From an uncultured Alphaproteobacteria bacterium (GTDB lineage: Bacteria > Pseudomonadota > Alphaproteobacteria > RF32 > CAG-239): 64,000 bases of DNA. The position numbers and the translations under genes were made by a program. The stretch lies in NCBI GenBank assembly GCA_944391415.1, contig CALXTM010000005.1:17433-81432 (forward strand), given 5' to 3'. The notes under the pieces are model-generated. The model searched no databases and had not been told where the DNA came from. It worked only from the letters and a program-made list of their open reading frames with translations. Positions 9,497 through 18,645 of the stretch are shown piece after piece (the first letter of the stretch is position 1; each line of letters starts with the position of its first letter).

Positions 9497-10162
9497 TCAA
9501 AACAACCAAAAAGCAACCCCTATTCCGGCCCAAGCCAACATTGGCCCAAAAGCAAGCATTTTTTTGCGGCATACCAAAGCATAGACCATCCCCGCCACCG
9601 ATGCCGCAACAATAACATACAACAGCCCTTCCACTCCCAGCCAAGCTCCCAAAGCCGCCAATAATTTAACATCGCCGCCGCCAAAAGCGTCTTTCTTCCG
9701 CCATACAATCAACAAACTAACCATCACCGGCAACACATAGCCGACAACTGCACCCCAAGCGCTTTCCTCTGCAACAACAAACCCGTTCCCGCTTACCGCC
9801 GCTGCAAACCCGGCAATCAACAACGGTACGGTTAATATATCCGGCAATAAGAATGTTCGCCAATCAATTTCCGCCGCCAAAATCAAAATCCAGATAAAAA
9901 ATACAATCCACCCAAATCCGTTTTCGCCAAAATGCCGATACGCAACAGCTGTCAATCCCGCAACAACCACACTCAACAGCATCGACCATTTTAGCAGATT
10001 TTTATATTTTTCCAGCCGGTAGTAAGCTTTTATCTTTTTTCCCGGCCGAAACATCTCTACCACCGCTGCAGCAAATGTCGCCGGCATAAACTTGGCAAAT
10101 CTTCTGGCCATATAAGGAACCATAACCCCAAACATCAAAGCGCTCAAAACATAAACAATCAT
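9497..10162 (-). CDS. A24-family prepilin (type IV leader) peptidase
   Basis: Polytopic membrane protein with AAEIDWRTFLLPD and FGGGDVKLLAALGAW, the two catalytic-Asp motifs of A24 peptidases. Confidence 0.75.
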   Translation of the reverse strand: MIVYVLSALMFGVMVPYMARRFAKFMPATFAAAVVEMFRPGKKIKAYYRLEKYKNLLKWSMLLSVVVAGLTAVAYRHFGENGFGWIVFFIWILILAAEIDWRTFLLPDILTVPLLIAGFAAAVSGNGFVVAEESAWGAVVGYVLPVMVSLLIVWRKKDAFGGGDVKLLAALGAWLGVEGLLYVIVAASVAGMVYALVCRKKMLAFGPMLAWAGIGVAFWLF

Positions 10163-10235
10163 CGATTCTCCTTTTGTTTATATTGTTGAGCTTAATCAAA
10201 AAAGAATAAAATTTAATTAAGAACCGGCTTACCCA

Positions 10236-10946
10236 TCACAGGCGCTCAAAATCTTCCAGCGTGGCCGCCTCCAAATAAGGATTGCATTTTTTCTCCTCGC
10301 CCAAACTCACCGGCGCCACCGGCAAACCTTGAGCCAACCGCTCTTTTGCTCTTATCAGATATTTCTTTATATCATCATTGCCATGATTATATTCAAAAGC
10401 AAACCTCGCCCCTCCCATGGTATACTCATGCCCTGGATAAAAGACCACATCATCAGGCAGTGCTTTTATTTTTGCCAATGCCTTAAACATATCACAAGCT
10501 GAGCCTTCAAACAACCCGCCTACACATAAATTAAATAGCGTATCGCCGGTAAACAATATTTTATCATCCGCAAAATAATACAAAATATGTCCCTTGGTAT
10601 GAGCAGACACATCCATAATTTTGGCCCTGCTTGCGCCAAGCACAAAATATTCACCTGGTTTTAGCAATATTTCGCTGTTTTCAATCCGATAAGCATCTGC
10701 CGCATTGCATACAATTTTGGCACCGTATTTCTGTTTTATGTCTGCATTGCCGTCCACATGATCAAAATGATGATGTGTATTTAATACAAACTGTGGCCTT
10801 AGCCCCAAATCCTCACATTTAGCAATAACCGCCTCCGCCTCCGACGGATCAATCACCGCCGTTACTTTGGTTGCCTCATCAACCACTACATAAGCATAAT
10901 TATCCATATATCCTTTGCGGCACAATACCGGATAAACCTGCAACAT
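10236..10946 (-). CDS. gloB: Hydroxyacylglutathione hydrolase (glyoxalase II), MBL fold
   Basis: NTHHHFDHVDGN metal-binding motif, ...GHT/GHI..., C-terminal NPYL, 236 aa. Confidence 0.8.
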   Translation of the reverse strand: MLQVYPVLCRKGYMDNYAYVVVDEATKVTAVIDPSEAEAVIAKCEDLGLRPQFVLNTHHHFDHVDGNADIKQKYGAKIVCNAADAYRIENSEILLKPGEYFVLGASRAKIMDVSAHTKGHILYYFADDKILFTGDTLFNLCVGGLFEGSACDMFKALAKIKALPDDVVFYPGHEYTMGGARFAFEYNHGNDDIKKYLIRAKERLAQGLPVAPVSLGEEKKCNPYLEAATLEDFERL

Positions 10947-12635
10947 CTACAAAAACTCCTCAGGGTTAATATCGTCAATTTGATTTTTATCAATATATTC
11001 TTTTGCATAATCCATATAAACCCCGCTTTTAATAAACAATTCATACAAATCGGGGTCCAAATGTCCGGTATTTTTCATCTCCTGCATAATTTTCAACACT
11101 TGAGACAATTTTTTAGGTTCTTTATACGGCCTGTCTTTGGCTGTCAATGCCTCATACACATCGGCAATTGCCATAATCTTTGCCGGAATTGACATTTGTT
11201 CACCGGTCAACCCGTTAGGATATCCCTTACCGTCAACTCTTTCATGATGCGCACCTGCATATTCGACAATATTTGCCAGCTCAGGCGGAAACGGCAAATT
11301 TTTTAACATATTTATAGTTGTAACGATGTGTTCGTTAATTTTTTGCCTTTCGGCATTGTTAATTGTCCCCTGTTTTATTTTAATATTGGTCAATTCTCCC
11401 TGATTATAAGGACCGGCCACTTGCTCTGGCCTGTCTTGCAATACATGTTCAACCTCGGGGTTAATATAGGTTGACGGGGTGTTTATCAATTTTTTCTCGC
11501 CCCATGACAAACCGGTCATTCGGCTGAAATATCTCACAAAACTATATTCTTCTGCTATTTTATCCAGCCTTTCGATATCTTGCTTGGTCAACGCCTCATC
11601 GCCAATATTGCATTTTCCGACAAACTCAAAGTCATCTGTCATTTTTTCCACTTTAGCCACAAACTCGGCTTGCAGTTTTTCTTTTGTATCGGCGTTTTTC
11701 AGCCTCTTTTGCAAATATTCTATATGCGCGTCTCTCCGCAGTATTTCAAATCTTGATCTTATCTCATGAATCCGATTATTAATGGTTTCAAGTTTGGCCG
11801 ACTTGTCCATAATATACTCAGGTGTAATGATTTTGCCGCAATCATGGAGCCATGATGCAATATGCAACGCATACCAGTCATTGTCCGACATTTCAAAATT
11901 TTTTAATGGTCCCTTAGTTTCTTGTACAGCTGCAGTAGCCAACATTCTTGTAATAATCGGCACTTTTTGACAATGCAATCCCGTATAAGGAGACTTCGCA
12001 TCAATCGCTTTGGCCAGCACATCGACAAAAGACTCCAAAAGCTGTGTATACGCCTCGCTCAGCTGTTTTCTTTCCAAAGCAATGGCTATTATCTGGCACA
12101 TCGCCATCATCTTTTCCTGATCATCTTGCGTAAAATTAATAATCTTACCTTTATTATCGGTCGCATTAATAAATTGAGCCACGCCAACCACATTATGTTT
12201 GCTGTTAAACAACGGAAAAACCAATGCCGACACCGTTGTATAATCATTAGCCCGGTCAAATTCTGCCAAATCCGACGTATCAACACCTGACTCATTCAAA
12301 ATATTTGAAGAATTGATAATTTCTTGATTAATTGCACAAATTTCCGCCGGATGTTTATCCTTTTTATCTCTCACATCCGGTAGATATACCGACGGAAACA
12401 TTCGCATATTGGCTGTTCCGGCAATTGTCGTGGCAAGACTGTTAATCCTGCTGTATAATAAATTAAGAAAATACCCTGATGTAACATTAAAAAAGAAATA
12501 TCCGTCGGCATTGGCAATTTTTGCCGCGGCCTCCATAACTTTAACAATCACATCATCGGTATTGTGCGAATTTTCCGCCGTATTATTGAGCAGATTAATA
12601 AAATTTTCCAAAATTATTTCTGTTGCATCAGCCAC
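10947..12635 (-). CDS. GAF-domain HD-GYP phosphodiesterase (c-di-GMP signalling)
   Basis: LHDCGKI (HD) and HHERVDGKGYPNGL (GYP) in the C-terminal half, with a GAF-like N-terminal half. The stop codon abuts the gloB start. Confidence 0.8.
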   Translation of the reverse strand: MADATEIILENFINLLNNTAENSHNTDDVIVKVMEAAAKIANADGYFFFNVTSGYFLNLLYSRINSLATTIAGTANMRMFPSVYLPDVRDKKDKHPAEICAINQEIINSSNILNESGVDTSDLAEFDRANDYTTVSALVFPLFNSKHNVVGVAQFINATDNKGKIINFTQDDQEKMMAMCQIIAIALERKQLSEAYTQLLESFVDVLAKAIDAKSPYTGLHCQKVPIITRMLATAAVQETKGPLKNFEMSDNDWYALHIASWLHDCGKIITPEYIMDKSAKLETINNRIHEIRSRFEILRRDAHIEYLQKRLKNADTKEKLQAEFVAKVEKMTDDFEFVGKCNIGDEALTKQDIERLDKIAEEYSFVRYFSRMTGLSWGEKKLINTPSTYINPEVEHVLQDRPEQVAGPYNQGELTNIKIKQGTINNAERQKINEHIVTTINMLKNLPFPPELANIVEYAGAHHERVDGKGYPNGLTGEQMSIPAKIMAIADVYEALTAKDRPYKEPKKLSQVLKIMQEMKNTGHLDPDLYELFIKSGVYMDYAKEYIDKNQIDDINPEEFL

Positions 12636-12667
12636 AATTACGCCAACCCTGTTACAGCAAATTAACC

Positions 12668-13774
12668 CTAATTAATTTTTGATACCAAATATTTGATATC
12701 ATCCTGACTAAGCTCATCATTATTCTGGGTAAAGCTCAAGATACGTTCCACCACCTTGTGTCCAAATGCCTTTCTGTCCGATCTTGCGCAGTCAAACTTA
12801 ATTTCGCGAATAACTTTCAAAGCGCTGAATATCGCCGGAAATACCGACTTTGGAATAAATGCCTTGCGCAACAAATTCCTAATCATAAAATCAGCCTGTG
12901 AATTAAACAGTATTTTTCGCACCTCGGCAATTGGCGTTTCCGACAAATATACTATCGCATATTCAAAAAATTTCAAATCTCCGAGACAAATTGACCTAAC
13001 CACCAACCCCGGCGTTAATCGATTTGCCTTATATAGCTGATGCACCAACTCCTCAATCTGGTTGTCTGACGAATATTCCTCCGAGATACTCAACGTAATT
13101 TTTTCTTTTACCTCATCAACCAAATTACTGGCCAAATCTTTTGGCAGATTGTGGTTCAACACCAAATATGTCTTCAACCGATAAGAAAGTTTATCTACAA
13201 TTTTTTCAATAACCGACACCGGCAGTTCTGACCGATGCACCAGGCGTTCTTTAATTTCGTTATTTTCCGCATATTTGGTTGCTATTGTGTCAAACGCTTG
13301 CTCTCTTATATCGGCCTTTTCATTGGACACCAACTCGCTTACCACCTCGCCCGGGCACTTTTCGGCAATATATTGCGACACCTCTGCCGAAAGCCCATCT
13401 CTTTTGGCAATTGCTTTTTGCTTATTAATACCCGGCATGTTAAGAATTTTAATCATATCCTCATTGGTAAGCGATGTATAATATTGCAAAAAAGGCACCG
13501 CCACGCTGTCTTTATCATTAATAATTGCCGCCACCACATCTTTGGGTAAATCGGCACAATGTTTAAGACTGTCGGATAAAACCTCGCGCACCTTTATCTC
13601 AGTATCGCGCACCATAATTCTGAATATATCTTCAGCCAGTTTGACCGCTTGCGCACTAAACGTTTTTTCTTTATAGGCAGCACCAATCTTGCGTGCCACC
13701 GTCGCCTTATTTTCGACGGACACGTTCTTTGCGAGATTAAGTGCGTCTTGTCTATTCAAACTGTTTTCATCCAT
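12668..13774 (-). CDS. DUF2336-like helical-repeat protein (function unknown)
   Basis: 368 aa and all-helical. The N-terminal pattern ...VREVLSDSLKHCADLPKDVVAAIINDKDSVAVPFLQYYTSLTNEDM matches my recollection of the alphaproteobacterial DUF2336 family. Not verified. Confidence 0.45.
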   Translation of the reverse strand: MDENSLNRQDALNLAKNVSVENKATVARKIGAAYKEKTFSAQAVKLAEDIFRIMVRDTEIKVREVLSDSLKHCADLPKDVVAAIINDKDSVAVPFLQYYTSLTNEDMIKILNMPGINKQKAIAKRDGLSAEVSQYIAEKCPGEVVSELVSNEKADIREQAFDTIATKYAENNEIKERLVHRSELPVSVIEKIVDKLSYRLKTYLVLNHNLPKDLASNLVDEVKEKITLSISEEYSSDNQIEELVHQLYKANRLTPGLVVRSICLGDLKFFEYAIVYLSETPIAEVRKILFNSQADFMIRNLLRKAFIPKSVFPAIFSALKVIREIKFDCARSDRKAFGHKVVERILSFTQNNDELSQDDIKYLVSKIN

Positions 13775-13845
13775 TTCAAGCCTCTCCCTGATATTCTCGG
13801 CCTGCCTATGATTTTAGAATATCTCAAAAAATATGCAATTACCAA

Positions 13846-14787
13846 TTACATTTTTGTTACATATTTTTCAAAATTTTTCAATATTTTATCATCAATTGCC
13901 TCATAATCAAGTTTTGATTTATCAATCACCAACAATTCATAATAGGCCAATGTATAATCAAACATTCCGGCATAATTTTGCAAATTAGAATTTCCGTACA
14001 TATAAGGAGCCAACAATATTCCCGACATATTATTGGTTCGTTTTTTCCGCTCCTGTCTTAAATTCCGCAAAGCAGCAAACGCCGGATGCGAGTTTATTTT
14101 TAAGGCAAAATCTTTCATCGAGGCATAAATATCCGAATACATCTTAATCCGATAGCTATCATCTTCGGTTTCGCCAAGAGGTTTCAAACCCTCGTCGGTA
14201 TTCCACACCAACATTTTATACAAGGACTTCGCTTCTTTAACAATCCGCGACATTCCCCAGTTGGTTTCCAATGCCGCAGCAGTAATCATTATTGACGGAG
14301 GTATTCTATCAATCCTGACCAGCAGTTCATCTGCCAAATAATTATACCTTTCATTCTCTTTCAGCCTTGAAAAGACATCATATTTTTCAGCCTTTTGCTC
14401 CAGCAGATCAATATCTTTTTTTTCAAGCGGTGCTTTTTGTTGCAACTTCCGGTCAATTTTTTCTATTTCCGTCCTTTCTGCCCTCAACTCTTCATTAAGT
14501 TTTAAGGCCAGTGGCGCAGTTATTTTAATAAAAAGTGCGTTTCTGCTTTTTTCATCGGTCAGTTTGCCATAATCAAGTGGAAAATTACGCAAAAATATTG
14601 CAGGATACCTATAAGACGGAAGCATCAGATACCCTTTTTCTCCGTCATACTTACAGGCTTTATACAGCTCTTGCAGTTTATCAACTGTAATATCTTGCAC
14701 CCAGATTTCTTCTGCATGAGCAAAATCATATGCCATACCCCACAGGACCGTCACGGCCATAACCAATTTAATTAGCCGATTCTTCAA
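13846..14787 (-). CDS. Secreted glucosaminidase-domain protein (Bax-like)
   Basis: Signal peptide MKNRLIKLVMAVTVLWGMAYDFAHA. ITAAALETNWGMSR resembles the LAQAALESGWG motif of the glucosaminidase/FlgJ/Bax family. The start may be the internal M at 14760. Confidence 0.6.
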   Translation of the reverse strand: MKNRLIKLVMAVTVLWGMAYDFAHAEEIWVQDITVDKLQELYKACKYDGEKGYLMLPSYRYPAIFLRNFPLDYGKLTDEKSRNALFIKITAPLALKLNEELRAERTEIEKIDRKLQQKAPLEKKDIDLLEQKAEKYDVFSRLKENERYNYLADELLVRIDRIPPSIMITAAALETNWGMSRIVKEAKSLYKMLVWNTDEGLKPLGETEDDSYRIKMYSDIYASMKDFALKINSHPAFAALRNLRQERKKRTNNMSGILLAPYMYGNSNLQNYAGMFDYTLAYYELLVIDKSKLDYEAIDDKILKNFEKYVTKM

Positions 14788-15310
14788 TATTTCTTACCTC
14801 TCTGACTTCCGGTATATAGGTTTTTAATATTTTTTCCACTCCGTCTTTCAGTGTTCGCATTGCATAAGGACACCCCTTGCAGGCTCCCTGCATCTCCACC
14901 AAGACGATTCCGTCTTCAAAACTCACAAACTTGATATCGCCGCCGTCTTTTTTTACCGCCGGTCTTATCCGCGCATTCAACAGTGCTGTAATTTGGCCGA
15001 CAACATTATCATCTTCGCCGTTTTCCTTGACGACCACTTCTTCTCCTGTTGCAAGATAATCCATTATTTCTGCCATAATCAACGGCTTAAGTCCTTCCCA
15101 AGAGGCGCTTTCTTCTTTTGTCACCGATATCATATCCGCTGTTATAAACAATGACTTAATGCCGCCCAAATCAAATATTTGTTCAGCCAACGGCGATTTG
15201 CGTATTGATTTTGCATCAACAAATTCTGCTCTTCCTTCTTTCAACAATTTCTCCGGTGGAAAGAAGTTCACCACATTAGCGTCCGGTGTTTCCTGAATTT
15301 CAATAATCAT
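14768..15310 (-). CDS. Nfu/NifU-family Fe-S cluster scaffold (Nfu_N plus NifU C-terminal domains)
   Basis: 180 aa with a CKGCPYA CxxC motif in the C-terminal domain and an Nfu_N-like N-terminus. Confidence 0.8.
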   Translation of the reverse strand: MIIEIQETPDANVVNFFPPEKLLKEGRAEFVDAKSIRKSPLAEQIFDLGGIKSLFITADMISVTKEESASWEGLKPLIMAEIMDYLATGEEVVVKENGEDDNVVGQITALLNARIRPAVKKDGGDIKFVSFEDGIVLVEMQGACKGCPYAMRTLKDGVEKILKTYIPEVREVRNIEESAN

Positions 15311-16365
15311 CTGCCTTTATCCTTTTGCATTGATATTAAATTAATAACATTGTCCAATTGATTAACTGCTTTGGCGGCATAATAATTAATACTTATCAAG
15401 TGATTAGGCGCCAAAGAAGAATTAACTTTGGCATTGCGAATTATCGCCGGATTAATATCCGAAGCCGCCTCCAAAGATTTTAGCATTGCTGTCCACGGTT
15501 CATATACACCATACTTAACCAAAACATTTTTAAAATCAATTCCTGCCGCATTCAAGATTCTGGCATAAGCATACAATTTTCCCTGTGAAAAATAAAAAAC
15601 ATCATCAGCCGCAAAATCCGTCCAGTTTTTTTGATTCTCCCGCACATGACTTTCCGTTTTGCCAACCTGATTTAATATATCTTTCCGCACTATCTTCAAC
15701 AACCGCAGCAAATTATTGGCCGAGTGCGGCCATATAACTTTTCCCATTGCCATTTCATGGTTAAAATTATTAAGTTTTTTGCGTCCTTTTTTATATTGAG
15801 TATTTGCCGACGGCACCGGAACCAACTTATTATCCGGTGAAAACAACCAAATGTTTCCAGGATATCTCAGCAACTCTGCCGCCTCATTAAGCTCTCGTTT
15901 GGCCTCAATTGATACTTTTGGCATCTCTGCCGCATCCAACGCCGTAACCGCCCTTTCCACTCCCGACATCAATCCTAGCTGAAAATTGGGCATGTTATCC
16001 AAAAAATAGCAAGGAAACAAAAACGGCAAATTAGGGGTCCACATTTTCTCATGCACTTCACGATTAATCAAATGACTAATCATGTCAATCGTTGCCAGAT
16101 TCCCGTCTTTGCTTTCGGGCTGATAGGCCGAAGATGTGTCAATACAATTGATCATCCACCCGCCGATTGGATAATACAAAAACAATATTGCCGCCAATAT
16201 TCCCAATGCCCACTGCCACCATGCCGTTATTTTTAACTTCACGTTTTCAAACACATTTCGGCAAAATCCTGCTGTTTTGAGCAAAAACATCCTGATTTTT
16301 TTCAAATAGAATGCTGCTTGTAGTTTATCCATTGGCAACTCCCTTTCCTTTGTGCAAATGCGCAA
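15307..16365 (-). CDS. Membrane-anchored protein, DUF2333-like
   Basis: One N-terminal TM helix. The FLDNMPNFQLG segment matches my recollection of COG5345/DUF2333. The start may be the ATG at 16332. Confidence 0.4.
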   Translation of the reverse strand: MRICTKERELPMDKLQAAFYLKKIRMFLLKTAGFCRNVFENVKLKITAWWQWALGILAAILFLYYPIGGWMINCIDTSSAYQPESKDGNLATIDMISHLINREVHEKMWTPNLPFLFPCYFLDNMPNFQLGLMSGVERAVTALDAAEMPKVSIEAKRELNEAAELLRYPGNIWLFSPDNKLVPVPSANTQYKKGRKKLNNFNHEMAMGKVIWPHSANNLLRLLKIVRKDILNQVGKTESHVRENQKNWTDFAADDVFYFSQGKLYAYARILNAAGIDFKNVLVKYGVYEPWTAMLKSLEAASDINPAIIRNAKVNSSLAPNHLISINYYAAKAVNQLDNVINLISMQKDKGR

Positions 16366-17911
16366 ATATCTCTTTTAGATCCAACAAATTGGCCGCTTTG
16401 GCGCTTATAACAAAAACAATCAGCCCGACCGCACAAATGCCGCCAAACACCATTGTTTTAAGCACCAATGACAGATGCAGCCAATTGCCAAGACATTTGT
16501 TTAATCCTTCATCTGCCAATATCAACACTCCACCCATAATTGCCGAACAAATAACGATTTTAACGATTTTCACCGCCAAATCCTTAGGCCAGCTCCAATA
16601 GGCACGTTTTTTCAAACCACGACAATATTGCCACAACGATACAAATGCCGCAATGGTTGTTGCCATTGCAATTCCGACATGCCCAAACGGCACCATAAGC
16701 AGCACCGAAAACACTAAATTTGCTCCCAACACCACGATACTGTATTTTACCGGGGTTTTAGTGTCCCCTCTGGCAAAGAAATTTGGTGCCAAGGCTTTAA
16801 CCAAGACATATGCCGGCAAACCTATTGCATAAGCCTGCACAGCTTTTGCCGTCATCATTGTTTCGTTAATTCCGAATTTACCATGCTGGAACAATATATT
16901 AATAATCGGTTCAGCCAAAATTATCAATGCCACTGCCGCCGGTATCGATAACAAAGCACCATATTCCACAGCTTTTGATTGCACGGCCCTTGCTTTGTCT
17001 CCATCATCTGCCTTAATATATTTTGACAATATTGGCAACACTGCCACGCTGATTGCCGCTCCCACCACTCCAAGCGGCAATTGCTGCAACCTGTTTGCAT
17101 AATAAAGCCATGATATTGCACCTGTTCCAACCATCGATACCAAAATTGTATCAACCACCATATTTATCTGATACACCCCTGCGCCGAGCACACCGGGTGC
17201 AATCCGTCTAAACAATGTTTTTATTTCGTTGTCTTTGGCAATTGCCAATATATTTTTTTGCGGATGCAAATAAACATTTTGCCGATGCAAAAAAAACGCC
17301 AGCCACAAAATTTCCAAAAAACCGGCAAATGTGACACTCAGAGCAATTCCATGCGCGGCACTTGGGCTAAACGGCACGAATATAAACACCGACATAATCA
17401 TCATCAAATTTAAGATCACCGGTGCCGCGGCCGGTGCGGCAAATTTGCTAAGCGAATTAAGGATTCCCGATTGAAATGAAACAATAGAAATAAACAACAA
17501 AAACGGAAAAGTAATTCTTGACAACTCGGTTGCAAGCTCAATTTTTCCGCTATCTCCGGCAAACCCCGGCGCCAATATTGCCACCACCCACGGCATCAAA
17601 AATTCAACCACCAAGACAAAACCTGCCAAGACGACCGCCAGCAATGAGATGGCCTTTGAGGCAAACAATATCGCGCTTTTTTTATCCTCTGCCACCAATT
17701 TTTGTGACACCATCGGTACAAATGCCGTGGTAAACGCCCCTTCGGCAAACAACGATCTAAACAAATTCGGTAATTTAAAAGCCACAAAAAAAGCATCGGC
17801 CACCATTCCGGCGCCCAAATAGTTTGCCAGCACCATATCTCTGAAGAATCCGGTGATTCTTGACAATAAGGTAAACCCGCCGAATGTTGCGATAGATTTA
17901 AATAGATTCAT
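16325..17911 (-). CDS. murJ: Lipid II flippase MurJ (MviN)
   Basis: MNLFKSIATFGGFTLLSRITGFFRD N-terminus, about 14 TM, 528 aa from the ATG at 17911. Confidence 0.9.
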   Translation of the reverse strand: MNLFKSIATFGGFTLLSRITGFFRDMVLANYLGAGMVADAFFVAFKLPNLFRSLFAEGAFTTAFVPMVSQKLVAEDKKSAILFASKAISLLAVVLAGFVLVVEFLMPWVVAILAPGFAGDSGKIELATELSRITFPFLLFISIVSFQSGILNSLSKFAAPAAAPVILNLMMIMSVFIFVPFSPSAAHGIALSVTFAGFLEILWLAFFLHRQNVYLHPQKNILAIAKDNEIKTLFRRIAPGVLGAGVYQINMVVDTILVSMVGTGAISWLYYANRLQQLPLGVVGAAISVAVLPILSKYIKADDGDKARAVQSKAVEYGALLSIPAAVALIILAEPIINILFQHGKFGINETMMTAKAVQAYAIGLPAYVLVKALAPNFFARGDTKTPVKYSIVVLGANLVFSVLLMVPFGHVGIAMATTIAAFVSLWQYCRGLKKRAYWSWPKDLAVKIVKIVICSAIMGGVLILADEGLNKCLGNWLHLSLVLKTMVFGGICAVGLIVFVISAKAANLLDLKEIFAHLHKGKGVANG

Positions 17912-18013
17912 TTTCAGCCTCAATATTAATCTGATGTTAAGGGATTATAGCTTATATTTCACATAATGAAACAACAAAAACACAGTTATTACTGATTTTT
18001 TGCCCTTTTTAAG

Positions 18014-18042
18014 TTGACAAAAAATAAAAGGGTTGAAATAAT
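18014..18042 (+). promoter_or_regulatory. Candidate sigma70 promoter of orphan gene A
   Basis: TTGACA (18014-18019), a 17-nt spacer, then AATAAT (18037-18042). Confidence 0.45.
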
Positions 18043-18082
18043 GGACAAAATTTTGCAATTGCCGATATTGGAGATATTAAAG

Positions 18083-18583
18083 ATGGCTTCCGCAACACAA
18101 GAAGAAACAAAACAACCAAACCTAAGCAAGCCTTTATTCAAAGAAGCCGGCGGTGTTCACGGCTGGTTATTAAAAAAGGCCAAAACTTTTATGTGGGATG
18201 CGGCGTCAAACACCCTCACTCTGCCCAAAGGCGTCACCTTAACCAAAGAAGAGCGTGAGGCTCTTGAAGAAGTAATCGGCGAGATCAAGGAAGAAGCCGT
18301 CGAAATTGAAAAACGACGCCAACAGCATTTGGCATCGATGCAAGAAAAAGGCATCAAGCTGAAAAAAAACATTGTCAAAGGTTATTCTTTACTGGTCAGT
18401 GGCTCCTATCGTGAGCTTACCGGTATTTTGGCTGGCAAAATACATGATAACCTACAAAACATGCTTCAAATCAACAACCGGTTTTTAAATGGTGTCTGGA
18501 AGACCATTTCCGGCATGTTCAATTCTCCGCAGTCCAAAAACAAGCCAAAAATTACCGTTCCCCGTGGACGTGATGGCCGCTAA
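18083..18583 (+). CDS. Hypothetical protein A (orphan, 166 aa, Lys/Glu-rich)
   Basis: ORF 18014..18583. The ATG at 18083 is preceded by ggaga 7 nt upstream, whereas the upstream TTG/ATG starts overlap the predicted promoter. I recognised no family. Confidence 0.55.
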   Translation: MASATQEETKQPNLSKPLFKEAGGVHGWLLKKAKTFMWDAASNTLTLPKGVTLTKEEREALEEVIGEIKEEAVEIEKRRQQHLASMQEKGIKLKKNIVKGYSLLVSGSYRELTGILAGKIHDNLQNMLQINNRFLNGVWKTISGMFNSPQSKNKPKITVPRGRDGR

Positions 18584-18586
18584 AAT

Positions 18587-18615
18587 TTGACAAAATTGAT
18601 AGCGCTTGCTATAAT
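18587..18615 (+). promoter_or_regulatory. Consensus sigma70 promoter of orphan gene B
   Basis: Perfect TTGACA (18587-18592), a 17-nt spacer, then TATAAT (18610-18615). RBS aaggaga precedes the ATG at 18646. Confidence 0.65.
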
Positions 18616-18645
18616 AGACAAAAATATAAGCAAGGAGAACAAAAA

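Noticed and set aside
18014-18082. Upstream TTG (18014) or ATG (18041) as the start of orphan gene A.
   Set aside because: Both codons fall inside the predicted TTGACA-N17-AATAAT promoter and lack an RBS. The ATG at 18083 has ggaga at the right distance.
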